Assembly: GCA_050298595.1 (NCBI GenBank) | Contig: JBNKUM010000062.1 | Coordinates: 1 to 64,000, forward strand | Direction of reading: 5' to 3' | Length of the DNA stretch: 64,000 nucleotides | DNA from: Gammaproteobacteria bacterium | GTDB lineage: Bacteria; Pseudomonadota; Gammaproteobacteria; GCA-001735895 | Shown: positions 19,987 through 29,091 of the stretch, piece by piece | How positions within the stretch are numbered: the first letter of the stretch is position 1 | How the letters are laid out: every line of letters begins with the position of its first letter | Translations under genes and position numbers: made by a program | The notes under the pieces: generated by a model | The model's database searches: none | Seen by the model: the letters and a program-made list of their open reading frames with translations, nothing else | Told to the model about the DNA's origin: nothing

Positions 19987-21567
19987 TTAACTTCCAATTC
20001 TTCGGCCATTCATATTGATGTCTTTAAAGTCATCAATGGAATGACACTCATCGCAATAAGGGCCAAAGCTACCTTCGTGGATATCGTCCCGGTAATGGCA
20101 GTCGATACAGCGGCTTTTCATTTTCTCATCTTTATCCAGCGGTTTGAAATGACAGGCGTGACAATGTAGATTTTTATGAGCACCTCTAATCTTGAAGTCG
20201 GTTTCGTCATGATCAAATTTCCAGATCAGCCAGTCGTTAGGGTTGTGGCACTGTTTACAATCATCGCCCAGGGCTTTTTCGTGTACATCGTCTTCCTGAT
20301 GGCAGTTTATACATTCAGACTTGGTATCCTTAAATTTAGAGGTTAAATGGCAGGATTCACAACCAACGACAGCGTGCTGGCCAATTAGAGGGAAGTCTGT
20401 CAGTTCGTGATCAAAGCGGACATCTTCCATCCACCATGATTTTTCATTATGACAGTCGTCACATTTCTTACCCTCCTGTTCCTTATGCGCATCTTGATGT
20501 TTATGGCAGCTGTGACAGGCTTTGTCAGTTTTTTTACCTTTCTGGTCGGACTGATGACAGGATTGGCAGCTGGCTTTTTTATGAGCACCTCTTAAAGGAA
20601 AATCGGTTTTTTCGTGATCAAAGCTGGAGTCAATCCAGCTGGTTTCATTGTGACATTTGTCACATTTTTTCTCATTTTTCCCTTTATGCACATCATCCAG
20701 TCGATGGCAGCTGTAACAGTCACGAGGCTTTTGTTTACCCTTAGACTTTTTCTTTTTACTGTCTTCGATGGTATGGCAGGTATGGCAGGTGGTCGCTTTA
20801 TGCTTACCCTTTAATTTGAAATCCGTATCCCGGTCGTGGTCAAATTTTGTCTTGTCCCACTTCTCTTCTGTATGACAATCCTGACACTTTTTTCCGAATC
20901 GATTTTGATGCACGTCTTTGATGGCGTGGCATGAAAAACATTCTTTAGGGGTGTCTTTATACTGGTTTTCTACATGGCATAAATCGCAGGCGACTTTTTT
21001 ATGGGCGTGTTTTAATTTAAAGTCAGTCTTGTCATGATCAAACTGTTCGCTACTCCAGCCTTTAGGATTGTGACAAGTTTCACATTTTTTCCCCAGCTTG
21101 GTTTTATGGGAGTCATCATCCTCATGACAGGAAAAGCACTTATCTGGTGCTTCACGATATTTTTTGTCTTCTTTATGACAGCCTGAGCAGTCTGCCTGTG
21201 CATGTTTGCCTTCTAGAGGATAATCGGTAGATTTATGATCAAAGCGGTCTTTATCCAGCCATATGACAACGGCATCCCTACCTTTATGCTCGGTATGGCA
21301 AACACGACATTCAACGCCAATAACCTGCTTATCTAAACCATGAAAACCCTGTTTGGCGTTTACATCGTCAGCAACCTTTTCATGGCAATCCAGGCAAAGT
21401 TTTCGCTGAGTCTTTCCATGTAATCGGACATGACAACTTTCACATTTTAACTCGTATTCTGCATGCCCCTCGATGACTTTTCCTGGCATGAACAGCTTTT
21501 CAAAGTCCATAGCCTGTGCCATCTGAGGCAGCAGGGCGAAAAAAAACAGCGTGAGTAATAACTTCAT
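19987..21567 (-). CDS. Multiheme cytochrome c, 21 CxxCH (periplasmic, triheme repeats)
   Basis: Manual motif count 21; signal peptide ..AQA; repeats FDH..T.F.L.G.H..CxxCH..CxxCH..DxH..CxxCH. Confidence 0.93.
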   Translation of the reverse strand: MKLLLTLFFFALLPQMAQAMDFEKLFMPGKVIEGHAEYELKCESCHVRLHGKTQRKLCLDCHEKVADDVNAKQGFHGLDKQVIGVECRVCHTEHKGRDAVVIWLDKDRFDHKSTDYPLEGKHAQADCSGCHKEDKKYREAPDKCFSCHEDDDSHKTKLGKKCETCHNPKGWSSEQFDHDKTDFKLKHAHKKVACDLCHVENQYKDTPKECFSCHAIKDVHQNRFGKKCQDCHTEEKWDKTKFDHDRDTDFKLKGKHKATTCHTCHTIEDSKKKKSKGKQKPRDCYSCHRLDDVHKGKNEKKCDKCHNETSWIDSSFDHEKTDFPLRGAHKKASCQSCHQSDQKGKKTDKACHSCHKHQDAHKEQEGKKCDDCHNEKSWWMEDVRFDHELTDFPLIGQHAVVGCESCHLTSKFKDTKSECINCHQEDDVHEKALGDDCKQCHNPNDWLIWKFDHDETDFKIRGAHKNLHCHACHFKPLDKDEKMKSRCIDCHYRDDIHEGSFGPYCDECHSIDDFKDINMNGRRIGS

Positions 21568-21570
21568 AGA

Positions 21571-22362
21571 TTAATAAAAATGGACGACGACAACGTGGGT
21601 TATACCAGATACTACTAGCAAAATGAAAAGTGGAAAATGCAGAATATGCCAGTAGGAGAACAGTATCTCATTAATACCCAGAGTGCAGATTGAGCGCAGT
21701 CCCCAGACTCGATCAAGAAAGTTTCTGCGATCATCAGAAGGCTTATATTGTTTCAGTACCCTGGATTTTAAATTTTTCAGTTTCCAGCGGTTTGAAAGGT
21801 AAAACCAGAGGGATCGGTTTATTCCTGTATGCTGAACCACAAGATTTTCTTCTATTTTTTTTAATTCTTCAGAGAGCTCTGGGGTCTGAAGAGATATAAT
21901 CTCGAATTCATGACTTTCATCGTCAAGATTACTGTATAGGTCTTTAAAGCGAATTTTCCCACCGTATAAACCGTAGTGAATTCTACGGTATAAGTAGCGA
22001 CCAATGAGCCCGCTGGAAGCTACAATCAGCATGCAGGTAAAGGCGACTGTGCCATTTATAGAAGCCAGTCGATAGCCAGAATGGAATATGATCAGTACAG
22101 GACCGAGGATGCCAAGAATCATGTGAAAGCGAAACCAGAACCTTATAGAACCGAGAAAGGTCCAGTTAGTTTTTTGCTTACGCAAGGGGTATACAAGCAG
22201 GAGCAGCATCATTGATCCACCGATAATGCCGAGCCAGTAACCAATGCCTGATTCAGCCACAATGTAACGGTGGTCGGAAACTGTCCAGCCTAAATAGATA
22301 ACTGCTACTACACTTGTGTACCAGAGTAGAGCAAGGGCATTAAGTGCGAATCGTATAACCAT
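21571..22362 (-). CDS. Inner-membrane protein with His-bearing TM helices (ferric-reductase/cytochrome b-like)
   Basis: About 5 TM; WFRFHMILG, IIFHSG, SGLIGRYLY, WHILHFP, THVVVVHFY. Confidence 0.75.
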   Translation of the reverse strand: MVIRFALNALALLWYTSVVAVIYLGWTVSDHRYIVAESGIGYWLGIIGGSMMLLLLVYPLRKQKTNWTFLGSIRFWFRFHMILGILGPVLIIFHSGYRLASINGTVAFTCMLIVASSGLIGRYLYRRIHYGLYGGKIRFKDLYSNLDDESHEFEIISLQTPELSEELKKIEENLVVQHTGINRSLWFYLSNRWKLKNLKSRVLKQYKPSDDRRNFLDRVWGLRSICTLGINEILFSYWHILHFPLFILLVVSGITHVVVVHFY

Positions 22363-22506
22363 GAGTTCTATAAAAAATGTTAAAATAAGTCTAGCTTATT
22401 GAATATATCAGATATATGAGTTTTATTGGGAATATATTACCATATATATGTTAAAATTCTCTTAAGCACATCACTAACTTTACCACGGATTAACCCATAT
22501 TTTCTC

Positions 22507-23808
22507 ATGGACACTGTCTATTATTTTGTCCCTTTTATTCTCTTCATGCTGGGATATGCATGGAGGGCGCATCGTCGTCAACGCCAGAGCGAAATAGTTC
22601 GGCAGGAAGCAATAGAAACTGGACTGGCCGAACCCGCATCGTTACACCCCATTATTGATCGAAATAAATGCATAGGCTGCAAGTCCTGTGTTTATGCCTG
22701 TCCGCAACAGATTGGACATAATGTGCTGGGTATTTTTCATGGCAAGGCTGAGTTACTTGAGCCAGCAAATTGTATCGGTCATGGTGCCTGTAAGACGGTT
22801 TGTCCTGAAAATGCGATTACTTTAGTTTTTGGTACCGAGAAGCGTGGTGTTGATATCCCCTTGATTGGAGAAGACTTTGAAACTAATGTCAAAGGTATTT
22901 ATATTGCCGGTGAGCTGGGCGGTATGGGATTGATCCGTAATGCTATCGAACAGGGTAAATCGGCAATGAAATCTATTCTGTCGTCCTTGCCCAAAAATAG
23001 TAGCCACCCATATCAGGTGATTATAGTTGGAGCTGGCCCTGCAGGGATTGCTTCTTCGCTGGCTGCACAGGAGGCGAAAATAAAATACCTGACACTCGAT
23101 CAGGACTCTCTAGGCGGGACAGTTTTTCAATACCCAAGGGGGAAGATCGTTATGACCCAGCCAGTGGATTTACCTCTGGTTGGCAAGATGCATTTCAAAG
23201 AAACAACCAAAGAGGAATTACTGGAGTTCTGGCAAGGAGTTGAACAAAAGACAGCGATTAAGGTCAATTACCAAGAAATTGTAGCTGGTATAGAAGTTTT
23301 GAGTGCAGGGTTTAAGGTTAAGACCAATAAGGGCGAATATGAAACAGATACTGTGTTGCTTGCCATAGGTCGGCGTGGTACTCCTCGAAAACTCGGTATT
23401 CCGGGTGAGGAGTTATCCAAGGTCGTTTATCGATTGATTGATCCCGCCCAGTATGAAAATCAAAAGGTCATGATAGTCGGTGGTGGAGACTCCGCCCTTG
23501 AAGCTGCATTAGCAATTGCGGATGAAAAAGGAACTGAGGTTTCCGTTTCTTACCGCAGTGAAAGCTTTTCGCGCGCCAAAGCTAAAAATCGTGAGCGGAT
23601 AGACAGCTATGCCAGTGAGGGAAAGATTAAACTTTATCTCAAATCAAGCCCTAAACAAATCAGCAAGAACAGTATCACCCTGAAAATAAATGATCAGGAT
23701 ATTGAAGTTCCAAACGATGCTGTGATTATTAACGCTGGCGGCATTTTGCCTACCGGGTTCCTGAAACAGATTGGTATAGAGGTTGAGACCAAATACGGAA
23801 CAGCTTAA
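22507..23808 (+). CDS. Membrane-anchored ferredoxin-domain FAD/NAD(P)H oxidoreductase (TrxR/YpdA-like)
   Basis: N-terminal TM; CIGCKSCVYACP and CIGHGACKTVCP; GIYIAGE, VGAGPAG, VGGGDSA..SYR; start re-called to ATG 22507. Confidence 0.85.
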   Translation: MDTVYYFVPFILFMLGYAWRAHRRQRQSEIVRQEAIETGLAEPASLHPIIDRNKCIGCKSCVYACPQQIGHNVLGIFHGKAELLEPANCIGHGACKTVCPENAITLVFGTEKRGVDIPLIGEDFETNVKGIYIAGELGGMGLIRNAIEQGKSAMKSILSSLPKNSSHPYQVIIVGAGPAGIASSLAAQEAKIKYLTLDQDSLGGTVFQYPRGKIVMTQPVDLPLVGKMHFKETTKEELLEFWQGVEQKTAIKVNYQEIVAGIEVLSAGFKVKTNKGEYETDTVLLAIGRRGTPRKLGIPGEELSKVVYRLIDPAQYENQKVMIVGGGDSALEAALAIADEKGTEVSVSYRSESFSRAKAKNRERIDSYASEGKIKLYLKSSPKQISKNSITLKINDQDIEVPNDAVIINAGGILPTGFLKQIGIEVETKYGTA

Positions 23809-25784
23809 TGACTAACTTAAAGATATTAATAATTGCTTTCACCCTGTTTTTTTTAATTACTCCAGAGTTGCAGGCAGATAGTAAACAGCAGCTACAGGAA
23901 ATCAGTAAATCGATTCGTGTCAGAGATTACAGCAAGGCTGTTAAGCAGCTAAAACCTCTGATCAGGTCAGGAGATTCGGAAGCTCAATTTTTGCTGGCAG
24001 GGCTGTATCGCTCAGGCAAGGGAGTAGAAAAGAACCTGGATAAAGCGATAGAACTCTATGAAAAAGCCTCTAATAATGGGCATGTAGATGCTCAATATAC
24101 GCTAGCTTCTTTACTGGAAAAAAGGGGAGATATTTCTCAGGCCTTATTCTGGTATCAACAGGCATCTGAACAGGGGCATAGAAAAGCCCTGAAAAAACTG
24201 AAAGCTGCGCAGAAGTCTCGCGAATCATTTAGCAATGAAGATATTAATGCGGATTCAGTTTTTAGCTCGATTGTTCATAATGATATCAATCTTATTCAAA
24301 CCTATGTTAAGAATGGTTATAACTTTAATATTCAGGACAGATCTTCGCGCTCACCTTTGATCGCAGCCCTGCTTGCGGAAAATAAAGAGATAGTTGATCT
24401 ATTACTGCCGGTCACGCAAAATTTAAATCACAGCGATCAAAATAAGAATCAGGCAATTCATATAGCTGTTTCAAATGGCTATGCGGATATTGTTAAAAAG
24501 TTACTCTATAAGAAAGTAGATATTAATGCGCAGGATAACCTGGGTAATACACCATTGCTAATTGCCGTGCGCCATGACGATGCGAAGATGACAGGTCTGC
24601 TTCTACAGAATAAGGCAGATTACAATTTACAAAATAAAAGCAAGGTTTCGGCTATAGAGCTGGCACAAACGAGAGCCGATTCTAATGTATTGAAAACTTT
24701 TGCCAGTCAGGGAATTATAATTGGAAAAAAACAGGATCAATATAACGATGTCAGTATTAAGGATTTCGAAAAATCTATAAGGCAGTCGTCATCATTATAT
24801 AAAGACTGGCCAATTTTGAGTATTGCCTGTTTGTTAGGTGAGAATGATATTGCCCGGCAATTGCTTAAACAGGGGGCTGATGTTAACGCTGTGGATAGTT
24901 CTGGGTACTCTGCCCTGCACAGAGCGAATTCCAAAGATCTGGAAAAAACTGTAAGCCTGTTGCTTGCTTCCGGTGCACAAATCAATATTCAAAATAACAA
25001 AAAAGAAACGCCTTTGTTTTTAGCTGCTGAAGCGGGTAGTTATAAAACGGTTAAACTTTTACTTGCTAAGGGAGCTGATCCGACAATATTGTCATCGAAT
25101 AAAACAAGTGCTTTAGCGGTTGCTATTTCTAATCAGCATAAGGATGTAGCAATGTTGCTGGCTGATAAAAAACTGGATAAGGTTTCTATACATGCTGCAC
25201 TTTTCCTGGCTATCCAAAAAGATATGGAAGAGGTTGCTGTCAAACTCGTGAAGCGCGATGTTTTAATCAATAGCGCGGATGAAAATAAGCGAAGTGTTCT
25301 CTGGTTTAGCGCTGACAAGGGATTTGAAAAAGCAACGGCTAGGATATTGCTAAATAAATCAGTAGATATCGATCAGAAAGATATTAAGGGTTATAGTCCG
25401 TTGGCACGTGCGATTTTAAAGGGGCATAGTGTAATAGCAAAACGATTGATTAATGCAGGTGCTGATGTAAACACTCAAACTAATGAAAAAAACACCTTGT
25501 TGATGCAATCGGTTTTATCTGGCAAACAGGAGATGACCCGGTTGCTGATCGATAGAAAAATTAATATAGATACCAAGAATAACTCGGGTGAAACGGCTCT
25601 GATGCTAGCGGCAGGGATGGGTAATAATGATCTGGTCGAGATGCTGATTGAGGCAGGTGCAGATATAATGACACGAAATCAGGATGAACTCGGCGCCTAT
25701 GATATAGCATTAAAAGCGGGCAAAAAAGATACTGCTGAGTTAATTCGTAATAAAAGCGGCAGGCTATTTAAATTGTTTAATTAG
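23808..25784 (+). CDS. Exported Sel1-repeat plus ankyrin-repeat protein
   Basis: Signal peptide; AQFLLAGLYRSGKGV Sel1 repeats; many GNTPL/GETALM ankyrin repeats; TAATG overlap with the upstream gene. Confidence 0.9.
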   Translation: MTNLKILIIAFTLFFLITPELQADSKQQLQEISKSIRVRDYSKAVKQLKPLIRSGDSEAQFLLAGLYRSGKGVEKNLDKAIELYEKASNNGHVDAQYTLASLLEKRGDISQALFWYQQASEQGHRKALKKLKAAQKSRESFSNEDINADSVFSSIVHNDINLIQTYVKNGYNFNIQDRSSRSPLIAALLAENKEIVDLLLPVTQNLNHSDQNKNQAIHIAVSNGYADIVKKLLYKKVDINAQDNLGNTPLLIAVRHDDAKMTGLLLQNKADYNLQNKSKVSAIELAQTRADSNVLKTFASQGIIIGKKQDQYNDVSIKDFEKSIRQSSSLYKDWPILSIACLLGENDIARQLLKQGADVNAVDSSGYSALHRANSKDLEKTVSLLLASGAQINIQNNKKETPLFLAAEAGSYKTVKLLLAKGADPTILSSNKTSALAVAISNQHKDVAMLLADKKLDKVSIHAALFLAIQKDMEEVAVKLVKRDVLINSADENKRSVLWFSADKGFEKATARILLNKSVDIDQKDIKGYSPLARAILKGHSVIAKRLINAGADVNTQTNEKNTLLMQSVLSGKQEMTRLLIDRKINIDTKNNSGETALMLAAGMGNNDLVEMLIEAGADIMTRNQDELGAYDIALKAGKKDTAELIRNKSGRLFKLFN

Positions 25785-25837
25785 GCCGATTTTTAACCAT
25801 TCCATGTTTTGTATCCATTTGATAATAATCTTTAACT

Positions 25838-26308
25838 GTGGGTAAAAATCGACGTCACCAACTGATCAGAGCTGTTAAGTTTTTAACTCTTCTAGCATTA
25901 ATATTCGTTGTTTTTGTATTTATTGATTATTCTTTTAATCAGGCGAAATTAGATAAGGAATATCGTTTTGAGGTCCCTGATCTAACAGATAATCGACCAG
26001 TAATACTGAATCAGGGATCTATGATTATTGTTATCGCTCATTATAATACCGATATGAACGATCAATTTTCTACAATATCTACGTCTGCATCACGCATCGA
26101 TTCTGAAGGGTATTTTGTGGCTCTGGCTTATGGCACAGATTTAGGTTGCCCGATTCAGCTGGTTAATGATTTTTTTAAAGAAAGTTGTAGTAATGCAATG
26201 TATGATTTACTGGGGCAATCGTTAGATCATGATTCTTATAAGAATCTTGAAATACCTCATTATCGTTGGAATAAAAATTTCACTGCTTTAACCATTTATC
26301 AGGAGTAA
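25838..26308 (+). CDS. Membrane-anchored degenerate Rieske-fold protein
   Basis: N-terminal TM; GTDLGCPI and FKESCSNAMYDLLG resemble the Rieske boxes but lack the cluster ligands. Confidence 0.6.
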   Translation: MGKNRRHQLIRAVKFLTLLALIFVVFVFIDYSFNQAKLDKEYRFEVPDLTDNRPVILNQGSMIIVIAHYNTDMNDQFSTISTSASRIDSEGYFVALAYGTDLGCPIQLVNDFFKESCSNAMYDLLGQSLDHDSYKNLEIPHYRWNKNFTALTIYQE

Positions 26309-26310
26309 CC

Positions 26311-26793
26311 ATGCCTTCATTTGATACTGTATCAGAAATTGATCATCACGAATTGAAGAATGCCATTGATCAGGCAAATCGTGAGATTGGAACACGTTAT
26401 GATTTTAAGGGTGCCAATGCAAAAATCGAGCTGAATGACAAGGAAATTATGTTTCATGCTGAATCACGCTTCCAGTTGCAACAGATGTTTCCCGTGCTGT
26501 TATCTAAAATGGGAAAACGTGGACTTGATATTGAATGTCTGAAAACTGGAGATGTTGTTGAAGCCGCTAAAACTGCGCGCCAACCTATCTTAATTCAGGA
26601 AGGTATAGATAAAGAGATTGGTAAAAAGATCGTCAAATTGATTAAAGAATCTAAATTGAAAGTACAGGCAGCCATTCAGGGAGAGCAGGTGCGCATTACC
26701 GGTAAAAGTCGCGATGATTTACAACAGGCTATGAAGCTCATGAAGGATGGTAATCTGGGTATTCCTCTGCAGTTTAATAATTTTCGCGATTAG
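26311..26793 (+). CDS. yajQ: YajQ nucleotide/c-di-GMP-binding protein
   Basis: MPSFDTVSE, RYDFKG, IQGEQVRITGKSRDDLQ, LQFNNFRD. Confidence 0.96.
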   Translation: MPSFDTVSEIDHHELKNAIDQANREIGTRYDFKGANAKIELNDKEIMFHAESRFQLQQMFPVLLSKMGKRGLDIECLKTGDVVEAAKTARQPILIQEGIDKEIGKKIVKLIKESKLKVQAAIQGEQVRITGKSRDDLQQAMKLMKDGNLGIPLQFNNFRD

Positions 26794-26801
26794 GCCAGTA
26801 G

Positions 26802-27524
26802 TTATCCCAGATAGACATCGAAACGTATTGTTTTCTCGCGATAACTGATATCTGGCTTCAGGTCGCCTAGAAAAGGCGCATGTAGAGGTCGTTTAACCAC
26901 TACACGCTGAGCAGCTTTTTTGAGTGCTAGCTGGAAGGTTTGCTCAATCGACTGATTTTGTGTAACGCGCTGTAACAGCTGTAAATCCTTGCCTGGCCTG
27001 GCACTGGATTTATGTGCCGGGAACATCGGGTCGAGATAAAAGCAATCGACTTCATCAATAGTGTCCTGCTTCAAATAGGAATAGCTGTCTAATAATTGCA
27101 ATGACATTTGCTGGAATACTGGCTGATTACTTTCATCCCTGGCCGTTTTAAGCAGGTAGTTAAGGCAATGGTAGATTAATGGGTTATGTTCCAGCATCTG
27201 GATATGCCGACCCTGGTAAGCGAGCAGGTAGCTATCCTTTCCCCATCCTGCAGTCAGATCGGTAATTTTTTGAATCGTATTTTTTTTGTTGCTGCATGCC
27301 TTAAGCAGCCCCTGTTTTTTTTGCTGTGCTCGTTTTTGCAAATTGGGGTCGAGGAATGAGTGTGTGAAACAGGCATTTTGATTGTTTAACTTACTGCATA
27401 GGGTAATTGCACAATCGTCAATCTGAACCTGATATTCCTGATCCAACTGTATCGACTTCAGGTTTTCTACCAGTTCCCTGGCATAGGTTTTGTAATAATG
27501 AGCCTGGTTAGCGATTTTTAACAT
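26802..27524 (-). CDS. rsmJ: 16S rRNA m2G1516 methyltransferase RsmJ family
   Basis: DLTAGWGKD, YLDPMFP, RVVVKRP, RFDVY. Confidence 0.88.
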   Translation of the reverse strand: MLKIANQAHYYKTYARELVENLKSIQLDQEYQVQIDDCAITLCSKLNNQNACFTHSFLDPNLQKRAQQKKQGLLKACSNKKNTIQKITDLTAGWGKDSYLLAYQGRHIQMLEHNPLIYHCLNYLLKTARDESNQPVFQQMSLQLLDSYSYLKQDTIDEVDCFYLDPMFPAHKSSARPGKDLQLLQRVTQNQSIEQTFQLALKKAAQRVVVKRPLHAPFLGDLKPDISYREKTIRFDVYLG

Positions 27525-27534
27525 GATTTCAAAT

Positions 27535-27756
27535 TTAATAATGCGGTGGCTTTTCGTCGGTTGGAGCTTCGTTCTCAGGCACTATTTTTTTAACCTCTCT
27601 GAGTTGTAGTTTCAGTAACTCAATCTGTTGCTGTAGTAAACCGATATCTTTATCCTGGCGAGTAATCACAGCATTGAGTGCTTCAATGGTATATTCCTGC
27701 TCCGAAAACATGATCTCTAGTTTACTGATGCGGGTGCTGTGATCGGTTGTGGTCAT
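27535..27756 (-). CDS. slyX: SlyX protein
   Basis: RISKLE..QEYTIEALN..EKPPHY. Confidence 0.93.
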   Translation of the reverse strand: MTTTDHSTRISKLEIMFSEQEYTIEALNAVITRQDKDIGLLQQQIELLKLQLREVKKIVPENEAPTDEKPPHY

Positions 27757-27853
27757 AAAGGGATCCATCTGAAATAATGATTGTTGCGGAGCATATCATC
27801 AGTACGGCCGCTAAATTTATATTCTAACAAATGAGGTTTGGGTTAGTCCCGTA

Positions 27854-28174
27854 GTGATGCAGGAACTACTATATATTTTTATTCTGTTTGGCGTGCTCTG
27901 GTTATGGCGAGATAGCAGCAACGCCCGCGAAAAAGCAACCTCTGCCGCTCGAGCAGCCTGTAAGCAGATAAACGCACAGTTTCTGGATGATACTGTCATG
28001 ATGGTAAAGCTTCGTTTATGTCGCAGGAACACAGGAACTGTGGCATTATGTAGATTGTATAACTTTGATTTCACGCTGGATGGGGAGCAACGTAGATCTG
28101 GTGTTATACGAATGAAAGCGCAGATTATTGAGGATATATTACTCAATATAGATCAGAATACCGCATTACAATAG
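27854..28174 (+). CDS. DUF3301-family membrane protein
   Basis: AREKA..ACKQ..QFLDDTV..YNFDFT.DGEQRRSG. Confidence 0.8.
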   Translation: MMQELLYIFILFGVLWLWRDSSNAREKATSAARAACKQINAQFLDDTVMMVKLRLCRRNTGTVALCRLYNFDFTLDGEQRRSGVIRMKAQIIEDILLNIDQNTALQ

Positions 28175-28195
28175 ACATAACTGTAGAGGGTTACA

Positions 28196-28699
28196 ATGTC
28201 AGAATCTCAGATTCATACTATTAAAGAAGTAGCACAAAAGCTCGCTAAAGAAAACGATCGCAGAGTTCGTGTATCGCATACCATAAATGAACTATTCTCC
28301 GAGCGTCAGGAGGTTCTTACCTGTTTTTGTGAGCTTGCCGCTTTAGATGCTTCCGGTTCCCCACTGGAGACAATACTGACTAAATTGAAAATATTTAACC
28401 AGATGCTGGTTGATTATGCAGCCCTGGGGCATTTTGAAATTTATCAGCGGATTATGGATGGCAAGGAACGTCGTGGTGCGATCAATGCCATCGCCAAGGA
28501 AATCTATCCGACCATAGTCAGGACCACGGATTATTTCGTTGAATTTAATGATAAATATGATGGAGCCGATGATGCAGATAGCATTATCCCTTTATCTGAT
28601 GATTTATCCCTGATTGGTGAAGCAATGGCTTCACGTATTGAGAAAGAGGATCAATTGCTCAGAGAAATGGGAAATCAGATTCTATTACGCAATAATTAG
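28196..28699 (+). CDS. rsd: Rsd/AlgQ family anti-sigma70 regulator
   Basis: ERQEVL, LVDYAALGHFEIY, FNDKY, LSLIGE..RIEKEDQL. Confidence 0.85.
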   Translation: MSESQIHTIKEVAQKLAKENDRRVRVSHTINELFSERQEVLTCFCELAALDASGSPLETILTKLKIFNQMLVDYAALGHFEIYQRIMDGKERRGAINAIAKEIYPTIVRTTDYFVEFNDKYDGADDADSIIPLSDDLSLIGEAMASRIEKEDQLLREMGNQILLRNN

Positions 28700-28716
28700 C
28701 CATCTATAGACGAGGC

Positions 28717-29091
28717 TTAGCTCTTAATCGCGGCTATCATCCAGCAGAGCCAGCCAGTAAGAAAGGCCAGGCCTCCAAATGGCGTTACGATCCCAAGCCA
28801 TGTTTGTCCAGAAAGGACCAGGGCATAGAGGCTTCCACAAAATAAAATAACCCCGATAATAAGACTGCCACCGGCAGTCTTTATCCATCCTGTAACTGGT
28901 TTTTTCTCTGTCCATAACCCCAGTCCGATCAGTCCAAGCGCATGATAGACCTGATATTGGGCTGCTGTTTTCCATGTCTGTAGTAGATGTTCTGATACTC
29001 TGGCTTCCAGGCCATGCGCGCCGAAAGCACCAAGACCCACAGCACACAGCATGAAAAACGAGCCAGAGATGAGAAACAGGCGAGAGTTCAT
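28717..29091 (-). CDS. DUF423 membrane protein
   Basis: GAFGAHGL, YQVYHAL, FCGSLY, TPFGG. Confidence 0.92.
   Translation of the reverse strand: MNSRLFLISGSFFMLCAVGLGAFGAHGLEARVSEHLLQTWKTAAQYQVYHALGLIGLGLWTEKKPVTGWIKTAGGSLIIGVILFCGSLYALVLSGQTWLGIVTPFGGLAFLTGWLCWMIAAIKS

Noticed and set aside
22399-22411. FNR box in the divergent promoter of the cytochrome locus
   Set aside because: TTGAATATATCAG has the wrong spacing and half-site mismatches.
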